A stretch of 32,000 bases of DNA from the NCBI GenBank assembly GCA_028279805.1, contig JANQMZ010000007.1, forward strand, positions 240,001 to 272,000, written 5' to 3'. Below, piece by piece: positions 16,365 to 25,440 of this stretch; the first letter of the stretch is position 1, and each line of letters starts with the position of its first letter. A program made the position numbers and the translations under genes. Origin of the DNA: an archaeon (GTDB lineage: Archaea > Iainarchaeota > Iainarchaeia > Iainarchaeales > JANQMZ01). A model generated the notes under the pieces. It worked only from the letters and a program-made list of their open reading frames with translations, was not told the origin of the DNA and searched no databases.

Positions 16365-18020
16365 TTGGAAGATAAAAAAAAGAAACGACGTGCACTTTTA
16401 GGAGATAAAGAAATAAAGCTAATTGGCAATAGACCAAAAGAAATGCAACAGATAAAAGGAAAATTTGCAATACCTGCTGCAAGAAATACCAAAAAATCTC
16501 TCAGGTTAAAAGGTCTTTCAAATGGCACTCTGATTCTTTCAACACTACCAAACATCGGAAAACATGCATGCGTAAGACAAATACTGGATGTTGAAGAGAA
16601 AAGTGAAAAAATACTCGGAAAAAAAATTCCAATTTATCATGTTTCCTCAGACGAACCTGAAAAATGGGGGGAAGTCACCGAGATTCACCCTAATGTTAAA
16701 GCAAAAGGATATTCAATTTACAAAATGAATAATGAAGAAAAAAAAGAATTTCTCAATAATTTTGGAGTCGAAGTTGAAAACAACCAAAGAATAGCACACG
16801 GACTATTCGGAATAAAAAATGGAAAAATAATGACTTCTCTTATTCCAACAATCCAAATGGGAAACCCGGATGTGAATCGCTTTCTAAAAAAATTCCAAAG
16901 TAAAATTGAACAAAGAAATCACGCAGACATAATTATTGTCGGGGCGGGAGCAGCAGGAATCGGTATGGGAGTGCTTTTGCAAAAAATCGGAATCGATTTT
17001 ATTATTCTTGAAAAAAAATCAATAGGAGAATCATTCAAAAAATGGCCAAAAGAAATGCAGTTCATTTCCCCCTCGTTTACAGGAAATTTTTTTGGAATGC
17101 CAGACCTTAATGCAATAACACCTGAAACTTCGCCCGCATACAACTTTCTAACAGAACACCCTTCAGGAAAACAATACGCTAAATACTTAAAAGGGGTTGC
17201 AAACTATTATGAACTTCCAATTTTTACAGGAGTAGAAGTCAAATCAATTACAAAGAAAAAAGAAAATTTCCTAATAAAAACCAAAGACAACGAACTTCAC
17301 TCTAAATTTGTTATTTGGGCTGGAGGAGAATACCAATATCCAAATGATAATCCTTTTCCAGGCGCACAGTATTGCATACATAATTCAAAAATAAATAATT
17401 GGAGCAAGTTCTATAATGGAGAATATCTTGTTATTGGCGCCTATGAATCGGGAATAGACGCTGCTTATCAGCTTGCAAAAAAAGGAATGAAAGTGGTTGT
17501 TCTTGATTCAGGGAATGAAATGACTAATGTTCAAAGCGATTCAAGCTATTCATTATCCCCTTTCACAAGGGAACGATATTTAGAACAAAAAGCAAGCATA
17601 AAAATCGTTCCAAACGCAAAGGTAAAAGAAATTCAGCAAAAAAATGGCAAGTTCATAGCAGTAACTGAAGATGGAAGAACATTCAAAACAAAAACAAAAC
17701 CAATTCTTGCAACAGGTTTTAAATCAAGTCTTTCTTTAATTGGCGAATTATTTTCAAGAGAACAAGGAGTTGTTCAACTAACTGAGAATGACGAGTCAAA
17801 AAAAACCAAAGGATTATTCCTTGCCGGGCCACAGGTTCGACATAAAGATGCAATTTTTTGTTTCATATACAAATTCCGGCAAAGATTCGCTGTTATTGCA
17901 GAAAACATTGCAAAAAGATTGGGAAAAACAAACAATGCAAAAAAGATTATTGAAGAATATAAAAATCAAAATTTTTATCTGAAAGATTTAAGCTGCTGCG
18001 GAGATGACTGCCCATGCTGA
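16365..18020 (+). CDS. Fusion: N-terminal Tpx-like peroxiredoxin-fold domain plus FAD/NAD(P) flavin monooxygenase-like oxidoreductase, Cys-rich C-terminus
   Basis: N-terminus LSNGTLILSTLPNIGKHACVRQILDVEEK...IPIYHVSSDEPEKW is Tpx-like. Flavoprotein part ADIIIVGAGAAGIGMGVLLQKIGIDFIILEKKSIGESFKKWP...YLVIGAYESGIDAAYQLAKKGMKVVVLDSG. Ends CCGDDCPC. TTG start with GAGGAGAGGT upstream. Confidence 0.8.
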   Translation: MEDKKKKRRALLGDKEIKLIGNRPKEMQQIKGKFAIPAARNTKKSLRLKGLSNGTLILSTLPNIGKHACVRQILDVEEKSEKILGKKIPIYHVSSDEPEKWGEVTEIHPNVKAKGYSIYKMNNEEKKEFLNNFGVEVENNQRIAHGLFGIKNGKIMTSLIPTIQMGNPDVNRFLKKFQSKIEQRNHADIIIVGAGAAGIGMGVLLQKIGIDFIILEKKSIGESFKKWPKEMQFISPSFTGNFFGMPDLNAITPETSPAYNFLTEHPSGKQYAKYLKGVANYYELPIFTGVEVKSITKKKENFLIKTKDNELHSKFVIWAGGEYQYPNDNPFPGAQYCIHNSKINNWSKFYNGEYLVIGAYESGIDAAYQLAKKGMKVVVLDSGNEMTNVQSDSSYSLSPFTRERYLEQKASIKIVPNAKVKEIQQKNGKFIAVTEDGRTFKTKTKPILATGFKSSLSLIGELFSREQGVVQLTENDESKKTKGLFLAGPQVRHKDAIFCFIYKFRQRFAVIAENIAKRLGKTNNAKKIIEEYKNQNFYLKDLSCCGDDCPC

Positions 18021-18988
18021 ACTTGCTTTCCCTGCTTAAAACTTACAGACCAACAGCAATATTTCTAATCTCAATTATTTTCGGATCACTACTGGGAATA
18101 TTTTCAAAAGAATCGGGATTACTGCTTGGAAGCTACTTGGACCATATTATACTTGCACTTGTATTTTTTATTTTTCTCGAAGTTCCTTTTGAAAACATCC
18201 TAAAAGGAATTAAAAATATTAAATTCATAAGCGTTGCATGGGCAACAAACTTTATCCTTATCCCCATAATCGGATTTGTAATTGCATCTTTATTCCTGCA
18301 GGAAGCCCCATTATTTTTAATCGGGCTTTTCATATACTTCATGGCACCTTGCACTGACTGGTTTTTAGCTTTCACTAAAATCGCAAAAGGAGATACAGGA
18401 TTAGGATCTGTTCTTCTGCCAATAAACATGATTACTCAATTACTACTCTATCCAGTTTACCTGTTTATTTTTGTAGGTTCAACACTAGAAACAAACATAT
18501 CAACAATTTCCAATACTCTCCTTAATTGGTTTTTACTACCATTTGCCACAGCAACCATACTACGCCTGGTTTTAAGAAAACTTACCAAAGAGAACACAAA
18601 AGAAAAGATTGCAAACGCTACAACCTTTATTACAGAAGGAATTCTTGCAATTCTTATAATATCAATATTCGCCACGAACATTGCCAAAATATTAAATCAT
18701 TTGGAAATGCTTACACTAGTCTTAGCAGCGGTTTTCACATTCTTTGTAATAATTTATATAATAACCGAAAAAATATCCCGCCATCTTCATTTTTCACATC
18801 CAATGCACGTACTATATACTATGACAACTTCCGCGCGAAACTCCCCATTAATGTTAGGTATAACTATTGCTGCATTCCCTCAACAACCACTCATATACGC
18901 AGCACTCATCATAGGAATGCTTGTCGAATTTCCCTATTTAGCAATTGTTTCAGCAGTTCTTCAAAAACCAAATAAAAAACCATTTTAA
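18014..18988 (+). CDS. BASS-superfamily permease, ACR3/arsenite-efflux-like
   Basis: 10-TM hydrophobic pattern; FIYFMAPCTDWFLAFTKIAKGDTGLGSVLLPINMITQL resembles the ACR3 APCT...KGD region. 7-nt overlap with the upstream CDS. Confidence 0.7.
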   Translation: MLNLLSLLKTYRPTAIFLISIIFGSLLGIFSKESGLLLGSYLDHIILALVFFIFLEVPFENILKGIKNIKFISVAWATNFILIPIIGFVIASLFLQEAPLFLIGLFIYFMAPCTDWFLAFTKIAKGDTGLGSVLLPINMITQLLLYPVYLFIFVGSTLETNISTISNTLLNWFLLPFATATILRLVLRKLTKENTKEKIANATTFITEGILAILIISIFATNIAKILNHLEMLTLVLAAVFTFFVIIYIITEKISRHLHFSHPMHVLYTMTTSARNSPLMLGITIAAFPQQPLIYAALIIGMLVEFPYLAIVSAVLQKPNKKPF

Positions 18989-19066
18989 ACCCACTGATAT
19001 TTAGGTAAAAAAACAAGGTTTTCTTATAATAACGTTCACAATGAAATCAAATGGAAACAATTTTTT

Positions 19067-19450
19067 TCATGGAATGAGAAGTTTTGCGTATTCAATTTTT
19101 TTGTTTTTTTGAAATTTTTTAAGCATTTTTTTTATTTCCTGTGACTGGCCGTTTATGACAAACATTTCAAGACATTTTCCGTTTGATAAATGATTATGAA
19201 TTTGGGTTCTGATTAAAGAATTGAATTCGTGTCTTATTTTTGATATTTCTTCCGGTTTGTCCCTGTGGGTTACAAAAATTACTGCGTCTGAAAAACCTGT
19301 GAGCTCTGCTTTGTTTTTGTATTCATCCACGAGCAAATTAAGAGCTGCTCGAATTGTTTCGCTTCTCCCTGAAAACTCAAACTCGTTTTCCATTTTGTTT
19401 ACTTGTTCAAGCAAATCTTTTCCCAAGGACATGCTGATTATTTCTGCCAT
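19067..19450 (-). CDS. NikR-type ribbon-helix-helix metalloregulator
   Basis: ISMSLGKDLLEQVNKMENEFEFSGRSETIRAALNLLVDEY (RHH), then an ACT-like domain with THRD...IRTQIHNHLSNGKCLEMFVINGQSQEIKKM. Confidence 0.85.
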   Translation of the reverse strand: MAEIISMSLGKDLLEQVNKMENEFEFSGRSETIRAALNLLVDEYKNKAELTGFSDAVIFVTHRDKPEEISKIRHEFNSLIRTQIHNHLSNGKCLEMFVINGQSQEIKKMLKKFQKNKKIEYAKLLIP

Positions 19451-19458
19451 GAAATCAC

Positions 19459-19520
19459 GTTAATAACAAATTAAAAAAACACTAAAAATATTATTAACAA
19501 ATAAGTTTAAAATTATTAAC
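19459..19520. promoter_or_regulatory. Candidate operator of the divergent NikR-like / znu region
   Basis: GTTAATAA at 19459-19466, inverted copy TTATTAAC at 19491-19498, and another TTATTAAC at 19513-19520. Confidence 0.5.
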
Positions 19521-19551
19521 TATGGTTTTTTCCTACAGGTGATTCTTTTTT

Positions 19552-20493
19552 ATGTTAAAAATTTCAAGTGTTTTATTAGTTTTTTTAATAATTATTTCCG
19601 GGTGTACAACCCAGCCTGTTGAAAATGAAGGATTGCAGGCAGTTGCAGGCTTTTATCCGTTTTATGACATAGCCAGAAATGTAGGCGGGGAAAAAGCAGA
19701 TGTTTCTGTTTTGGTTCCTCCTGCAACCGAGCCGCATGCTTTTGAACCCACTCCTGGCGATATTTTGAGACTAAACCGGGCAGATTTGTTTATTGGCACC
19801 GGTGTTGATTTTGAGGAATGGGAAGATAACATTGTAGCAGGTCTTGACCCAAACGTCAGACTGGTAAAAGCAAACAAAGGAGTAGAACTTTTGAAAGCAG
19901 AAGAAGATGAACATCATGAAGAACATGAAGAAGAAATACATGAGGAAGAAGAGGAAGAACACCACCATCATGATCATGGCGAATTTGACCCGCATTATTG
20001 GGTTTCTCCTAAAAATGCAGTCAAAATCACAAACACAATAAAAGAATCTTTTATGGAAGCAGATTCAGAAAATGCTGCTTATTATGAAAGCCAGGCTGAC
20101 AAATTTATTTCAGAACTTGAAGCTTTGGATAATGAGTATACAACAAGACTTAATAACTGCAAACAGGACAGAGTTTTAACAACTCATGCTGCCTTTGCAT
20201 ATCTTGGCAACGATTATGGTTTTATACAAATACCAATTTTGGGTTTGAGTCCTGAATCAGAGCCGACTCCTGGGGAAATTGCAGGACTGGTTGAAGAAGC
20301 AAAAGAACATGAACTAAAATATGTTTTCTTTGAAGAGCTTGTTGATCCACGGGTTGCTGAAACAATTGCCTCGGAAACAGGAACTGAAACACTTGTATTA
20401 AATCCTGTTGCAGGTTCAAAAAAAGACGAAGGTTATTTAAGAATCATGAGAAACAATCTTGATAATCTTGAAAAGGCATTAGAATGTCAATGA
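19552..20493 (+). CDS. znuA: Zinc/manganese ABC transporter substrate-binding lipoprotein
   Basis: Lipobox IIISGCTTQ, VAGFYPFYDIARNVGGEKADVSVLVPP, His/Glu-rich loop EEDEHHEEHEEEIHEEEEEEHHHHDHGEFDPHYWVSPKNA. Confidence 0.93.
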   Translation: MLKISSVLLVFLIIISGCTTQPVENEGLQAVAGFYPFYDIARNVGGEKADVSVLVPPATEPHAFEPTPGDILRLNRADLFIGTGVDFEEWEDNIVAGLDPNVRLVKANKGVELLKAEEDEHHEEHEEEIHEEEEEEHHHHDHGEFDPHYWVSPKNAVKITNTIKESFMEADSENAAYYESQADKFISELEALDNEYTTRLNNCKQDRVLTTHAAFAYLGNDYGFIQIPILGLSPESEPTPGEIAGLVEEAKEHELKYVFFEELVDPRVAETIASETGTETLVLNPVAGSKKDEGYLRIMRNNLDNLEKALECQ

Positions 20494-21188
20494 ATTCAAT
20501 AAAAGTTGAAAGCGTTTCTTTCCGATATTCAAAAGAATCAGTTATTGAAAATCTTTCTTTTGAAATGAAGAAAGGTGATTTTGTAGGGATTTTAGGACCT
20601 AATGGATCGGGAAAGACAACGCTGATAAGACTGCTTCTTGGTTTCCTGAAACCTGAAAAAGGAAAAATAAGCATTTTTGGAAAAAATGTTTTCAAGGCAA
20701 GAGAACTTATCGGATATGTTCCACAGAAGCTTGACATTGACAGGAGTTTTCCGGGAACTGTAAGGGAGATGCTTGAACTGGTCAAAAGCAAAAGCGGGAA
20801 TGAAATAATTAATCTTATGGAAATTAACCAGCTTTTTGATCAAAAATTTGTTGAACTGTCTGGAGGGCAACAACAAAGGGTTATTACTGCAATGTCTCTT
20901 CTTAAAGAGCCTGAAATACTTATTCTTGACGAGCCTTCTTCCGGAATTGATGTGAAAGGGCAAACAAAATTTAACGATTTGTTAAGCAGGCTGAATGCAG
21001 AGAAAGGAGTTACAGTATTATTAATATCTCATGATGTAAACCTGGTTTCAAAATATGCTAAAAAAGCGCTTTGTGTGAATAAAGGTCATTATTGTTTTGG
21101 TGCAACAAAAGAATTGCCAAAATTTATCAAAGAAACTTTTGGGAAAGACTATAAATTTTATCCGCATTACCATGGTGATTCTCATTGA
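20484..21188 (+). CDS. znuC: Zinc/manganese ABC transporter ATP-binding protein
   Basis: Walker A GPNGSGKTTL, signature LSGGQQQRV, Walker B ILILDEPSSG; overlaps znuA. Confidence 0.93.
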   Translation: MSMNSIKVESVSFRYSKESVIENLSFEMKKGDFVGILGPNGSGKTTLIRLLLGFLKPEKGKISIFGKNVFKARELIGYVPQKLDIDRSFPGTVREMLELVKSKSGNEIINLMEINQLFDQKFVELSGGQQQRVITAMSLLKEPEILILDEPSSGIDVKGQTKFNDLLSRLNAEKGVTVLLISHDVNLVSKYAKKALCVNKGHYCFGATKELPKFIKETFGKDYKFYPHYHGDSH

Positions 21189-21979
21189 TTGAAATGTTCC
21201 AATATGCCTTTGTGCAAAAAGCATTTATTGCAGGAATACTGGTTTCAATAACAACCGCTTTGCTTGGAGTAATTCTGGTTCAGAAAAAATTATCCTTGCT
21301 TGGAGACGGATTGTCTCATGCAGCATTCGGCGGAATGGCAATAGGTCTTCTTTTCAACATTAATCCTTTGTTAAGTGCTTTGACCGTTGCAATTATTGCC
21401 TCAATTGGTATTGAAAAAATACTTGACAAAATAAAGTCACAGGGAGACGCAGCAATAGCAGTAATTTTGTCAACAGGAATGGCTATTGCAATTACAATCA
21501 TAGGATTAATCAGGGGATTTAATGTAAATCTTTTTAGTTTTCTTTTTGGAAGTATTCTTTCAATTAACAATTTTGATTTAATGCTTTTAATAGTTTTATC
21601 CGTGCTTGTAATTGGAACAATTTTAATATTCAGAAAACAAATCTTATTTTTAATTCTGAACAAAGAACTTGCAGAGCTAAATGGAGTGGACACAAAAAAA
21701 ATAAATTACACGATAATGATTTTATCGGCACTAACAGTAATTTTGGCAGTGCGTGCTGTTGGAATATTGCTTGTAACCGGAGTGATTGTAATGCCAGCAT
21801 TGGCAGCCCTGCAAATCTCAAAATCTTTTTCTGACACTTACAAAAAAACAATTGCAATCAGCTTGTTTGGAATGGTTGGCGGAATAATGCTGGCAATATT
21901 GTTTGACCTTCCTCCAAGCGGCATAATCATACTGACAATGACAGCCATCTTGCTAATAACATTTTTTTTGAAAAAATAA
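21185..21979 (+). CDS. znuB: Zinc/manganese ABC transporter permease
   Basis: ABC-3 family: MFQYAFVQKAFIAGILVSITTALLGVILVQKKLSLLGDGLSHAAFGGMAIG...VGILLVTGVIVMPALAAL. Confidence 0.93.
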   Translation: MIEMFQYAFVQKAFIAGILVSITTALLGVILVQKKLSLLGDGLSHAAFGGMAIGLLFNINPLLSALTVAIIASIGIEKILDKIKSQGDAAIAVILSTGMAIAITIIGLIRGFNVNLFSFLFGSILSINNFDLMLLIVLSVLVIGTILIFRKQILFLILNKELAELNGVDTKKINYTIMILSALTVILAVRAVGILLVTGVIVMPALAALQISKSFSDTYKKTIAISLFGMVGGIMLAILFDLPPSGIIILTMTAILLITFFLKK

Positions 21980-22050
21980 GGCTATTGTCACACTTTTAAG
22001 CCTATTACGTGGGAATAATTTAAATAGTAGAAAAACATACTTTTAGCATT

Positions 22051-22398
22051 ATGAAGGGGTTTAAAGGCATTTTAGTATTATTTGCTTTGATTTTTTTGCT
22101 TGGATTTGTTTCAGCTGAAGCACAGGAAAATTCAATAATGGGATTAATAACAGGTTTCATGAGCGGTTTCAGTTCAAATGAAATCGTTGAACAGATTAGT
22201 GATTCGTTGCCGGAAGAGTTAGAAGAATTTGGTCCGGGAGATGACGGAGTTATGACGGGACCGGGTGACGATGGTAAAATGGTTAAAGGGCCTGGCGATG
22301 ACGGAAAAATGGAACAGGTTTCTGTTTCAAATCCTGTTGATGCTGTTACTCAAACAATTGGAAATATTTTAAGCGGAATTTTCGGATTTTTTGGCTGA
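22051..22398 (+). CDS. Small secreted protein with GPGDDG repeats
   Basis: Signal peptide GFKGILVLFALIFLLGFVSA, central GPGDDGVMT/GPGDDGKMVK/GPGDDGKMEQ, hydrophobic C-terminus. Confidence 0.5.
   Translation: MKGFKGILVLFALIFLLGFVSAEAQENSIMGLITGFMSGFSSNEIVEQISDSLPEELEEFGPGDDGVMTGPGDDGKMVKGPGDDGKMEQVSVSNPVDAVTQTIGNILSGIFGFFG
22231..22314 (+). repeat. Three imperfect tandem ~27-30-nt repeats encoding GPGDDG(V/K)M
   Basis: ggtccgggagatgacgg / ggaccgggtgacgatgg / gggcctggcgatgacgg. Confidence 0.85.
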
Positions 22399-23769
22399 TT
22401 AGTTCTCATCGCAAATTTTTCGTGCAAAAGGCAATGCAAACAAAACATTTTCAGAATTAAAATATTCCTGTTTTTCTTTAACCAGGTCTCCTGCAAAACC
22501 GGTTAAAAAAATTCCGGCAAGAGCAGAATCCATAGGAGAATTTGTTGCTGAAAAAGCTCCAATGGTTCCTGCAACCAGGTCGCCTGTGCCTCCGGCAGTC
22601 ATTTTTTCATTGCCTGAATGATTGTAAAAAACTTTTGAACCGTTTGAAATAATATCAGCCGGGGCTTTTAGCACAATAGTGCATTTGTATTTTTTTGCCA
22701 TTGTTTTAACATTTTTTGCATTTGGTTTTAATTTGAATGTTTTTTCAAATTCTGTTCTGTGAGGAGTTAAAACAATATTTTTGTGCAACAATTTTTTATC
22801 AAGCAAATGCAATGCTCCTGCATCCAAAACAAATTTTTTGTTTTTAAATTTTTTTAACAAAAAATTTACAAGTGCCTTATTTTTGGAATTAACTTCCAGG
22901 CCGGGCCCGATTACAATTGAATCTGCGCGTTCAGCAAACATTTGAGCATTTTTTTTATTCAACTCTGAAGCAATAAAATTTGGAGATGTTTTTTTCGCCA
23001 CATTCAGGTTTTCTTTAACGCTTAAAACAAAAACCAAATCAGAAAAATATGTAGCAGCTTTTGCTGCAAAAATCAATGCTCCGTGAAATTTTTTAGAACC
23101 CCCAATTACGAGAGTTTTGCCATTATCTCCCTTTTTAGAGCCTTTTTTGGGTTTTTTTAGCAGTTTTACGTTTCCAGGGCCTGTATATGAATGGAATTCT
23201 TTTGGTGCTCCAAATTCAAGCAAAATTCCTTTTGAATGCTTTTTTGTTATAAGGCAGTAAACTTTGTCGGCTTCAAGGGAATGTGTCGGAATATCCAATG
23301 CAACCTTTTTTGCTTTTGATTTGTTAATCAGGTTTACAGCTGACTGCACAGGCTCTTTTAAGTTTCCCTTAATGCCGGAACCGATAATTGCATCAACAAT
23401 TATTTCAGAATCAATTTTTTTTGGTAATTGTTTTGGGCTTTCAACAAAATTTATTTTTGTATTGGTATTTTTTAAAATTATAAAATTTCTAAAAGCTTCA
23501 TCTGTTGAAATTTGTTCCTGTGTTCCAAGTAATGTTACCTGAACGGAATTTTTTGGAGCAAGATAACGGGCCATTACAAAACCGTCGCCTCCGTTGTTGC
23601 CAAGGCCGCAAAAAATGTGCACTTTTTTTCCAGAACCAAAATCTTTCTGCAATTGTTCTGCAAAAGTTCTTCCCACGGATTCCATCATCTGGGTAACAGT
23701 TAAACCGTAATACTGAAAATTTGAGTCAACTGCTTGTGCTTTTCTAACGGATTCGGGTAAAACAGGCAT
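22399..23769 (-). CDS. nnr: Bifunctional NAD(P)H-hydrate epimerase / ADP-dependent dehydratase
   Basis: IFCGLGNNGGDGFVMARYL (epimerase) and NEKMTAGGTGDLVAGTIGAFSA (dehydratase). Confidence 0.93.
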   Translation of the reverse strand: MPVLPESVRKAQAVDSNFQYYGLTVTQMMESVGRTFAEQLQKDFGSGKKVHIFCGLGNNGGDGFVMARYLAPKNSVQVTLLGTQEQISTDEAFRNFIILKNTNTKINFVESPKQLPKKIDSEIIVDAIIGSGIKGNLKEPVQSAVNLINKSKAKKVALDIPTHSLEADKVYCLITKKHSKGILLEFGAPKEFHSYTGPGNVKLLKKPKKGSKKGDNGKTLVIGGSKKFHGALIFAAKAATYFSDLVFVLSVKENLNVAKKTSPNFIASELNKKNAQMFAERADSIVIGPGLEVNSKNKALVNFLLKKFKNKKFVLDAGALHLLDKKLLHKNIVLTPHRTEFEKTFKLKPNAKNVKTMAKKYKCTIVLKAPADIISNGSKVFYNHSGNEKMTAGGTGDLVAGTIGAFSATNSPMDSALAGIFLTGFAGDLVKEKQEYFNSENVLFALPFARKICDEN

Positions 23770-23795
23770 AAGGCAGATTATGGTGGTAAATTGTT

Positions 23796-24206
23796 TTAAA
23801 TTTTAACATTTTCAATTTTTGTTTCTTTTGGATTTTTTTGGTGTCTGGCTAATCCTGTTTGTAAAACAATTATTCCAAGCAAAGCACATTTTGAACGGGC
23901 TTTAGCTGTTTCACCAATAATGTCATAAATGTCCTGTGCTTTTAAATTTAAAATTTCTTCAATTGTTTTTCCTTTAACAATTTCAGTTAAAAGTGACGCT
24001 GAAGCCAAACTTAAAGAACAGCCGTGGCCTTCAAACTTAATATCTTCAACTTTGTTGTTTTTTAATTTTAAAGTATAAGTAACACTGTCACCGCATGACC
24101 TGTTTCCACCGCCAAATTCCAGGTCAGCCGGATCAATTTTTCCTTTGTTTAAAGGATTTTTATAAGCTTTCAAAATTGTTTCATTGTAAAGTTCTTTTGC
24201 TTCCAT
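23796..24206 (-). CDS. sufU: IscU/SufU-like Fe-S scaffold protein
   Basis: NPLNKGKIDPADLEFGGGNRSCGDSVTYTLKLKNNKVEDIKFEGHGCSLSLASASLLTEIVKGK...ARSKCALL. Confidence 0.88.
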   Translation of the reverse strand: MEAKELYNETILKAYKNPLNKGKIDPADLEFGGGNRSCGDSVTYTLKLKNNKVEDIKFEGHGCSLSLASASLLTEIVKGKTIEEILNLKAQDIYDIIGETAKARSKCALLGIIVLQTGLARHQKNPKETKIENVKI

Positions 24207-25421
24207 TCAAACACCAAAAATTTTAACAGCATCGTTCAAAGCATCAATCAGAACATCAATTTCTTTTTCAGTATTGTAAATGTAAAAACTTGCCCTCACA
24301 GTATGTTCAACACCCAAAGCATGCAACAAAGGATGAGTACAATGAGCTCCTGCTCTGACCGCAATTCCATGAGTGTCCAAAACAGAAGCAACGTCATGAG
24401 GGTGAATGTCAGCAATATTAAATGATATAACACCTGCCCTTTTATCGGTTTTAGGGCCGTATAATTGAATTCCTTTAACATCTTTTAATGCGTTTAAAGC
24501 ATATTCAACCAGTTTATGTTCATGTTTTAGAATTTTATCCATTCCAATTTTGTTCAGATAATCAACTGCTGCACCTATTCCGATTCCTCCTGCAACATGA
24601 GGCGTTCCGGCTTCAAATTTCCATGGCAACATGTTCCATTCGGTTTTTTCAACTGAAACCGAGCTAATCATTTCACCGCCAAACAAAAAAGGATTCATTT
24701 CTTCAAAAGCTTCTTTTTTTCCGAATAATCCGCCTGTTCCCGTTGGTGCCAGCATTTTATGACCGGAAAAAGCAAAAAAATCACAATTCAAATCTTTAAC
24801 ATCAATTTCCATATGAGGAATGCTTTGAGCCCCATCAACAATAGCCAGAGCATTTTTGTCATGAGCTTTTTCAATTAATTCTTTAACCGGATTAATTGTT
24901 CCCAAAGTGTTTGAAACATGAATAACTGAAACAATTTTTGTTTTATTGGTAAGCAAAGAATCAAAACTTTGCATGTCCAGTTCTCCGTCTTTGGTTATGT
25001 CAACATATTTTACCTTAAATCCTAATTTTTTTCCCAAATATTGCCATGGAACAAAATTTGCATGGTGTTCCATTTTTGTAATTAACACTTCATCATCTTT
25101 TTTCAAATCCAATCCAAGAGAATAAGCCAAAATATTTAATGATTCTGTTGTGTTTTTTGTAAAAACAATTTCATCCCATTCACTGTTAATAAAGTTTCCA
25201 ACTTTTTCATGAGCTTTTTCATAAGCTTCGGAAGCCTCCTCACTTAAAGCATGCAATCCACGATGAACATTTGCATTATAATTTGAATAAAAATCATTTA
25301 CTGAATCAATAACCTGTTTTGGTTTTTGTGTTGTGGCAGCATTGTCAAAATAAACCAATGGCTTATCATGCACTTTTCTTTCAAGAATTGGAAAATCTTT
25401 TCTAATGCTTTCAATGTTCAT
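24207..25421 (-). CDS. sufS: SufS-type cysteine desulfurase
   Basis: MNIESIRKDFPILERKVHDKPLVYFDNAATTQKPKQVIDSVNDFYSNYNANVHRGLHALSEEASEAYE...FSGHKMLAPTGTGGLFGKKE...RAGAHCTHPLL. Met at 25421 preferred. Confidence 0.96.
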   Translation of the reverse strand: MNIESIRKDFPILERKVHDKPLVYFDNAATTQKPKQVIDSVNDFYSNYNANVHRGLHALSEEASEAYEKAHEKVGNFINSEWDEIVFTKNTTESLNILAYSLGLDLKKDDEVLITKMEHHANFVPWQYLGKKLGFKVKYVDITKDGELDMQSFDSLLTNKTKIVSVIHVSNTLGTINPVKELIEKAHDKNALAIVDGAQSIPHMEIDVKDLNCDFFAFSGHKMLAPTGTGGLFGKKEAFEEMNPFLFGGEMISSVSVEKTEWNMLPWKFEAGTPHVAGGIGIGAAVDYLNKIGMDKILKHEHKLVEYALNALKDVKGIQLYGPKTDKRAGVISFNIADIHPHDVASVLDTHGIAVRAGAHCTHPLLHALGVEHTVRASFYIYNTEKEIDVLIDALNDAVKIFGV

Positions 25422-25440
25422 ATTTTCACAAAAAACAAGG

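Noticed and set aside
18526-18975. 149-aa + ORF
   Set aside because: Alternative frame inside the BASS-family permease; low-complexity and Asn/Ser/Thr-rich translation.
19867-19995. His/Glu-rich low-complexity segment in znuA as a novel feature
   Set aside because: A His-rich metal-binding loop is a known property of zinc-type substrate-binding proteins.
20222-21857. Antisense and alternate-frame ORFs across znuA/znuC/znuB
   Set aside because: Overlap well-supported ABC transporter genes and show no family signatures.
21965-22010. AATAaGGCT...AGCCTATT imperfect hairpin after znuB
   Set aside because: Short, bulged and AT-rich; could be a terminator but is too weak to call.
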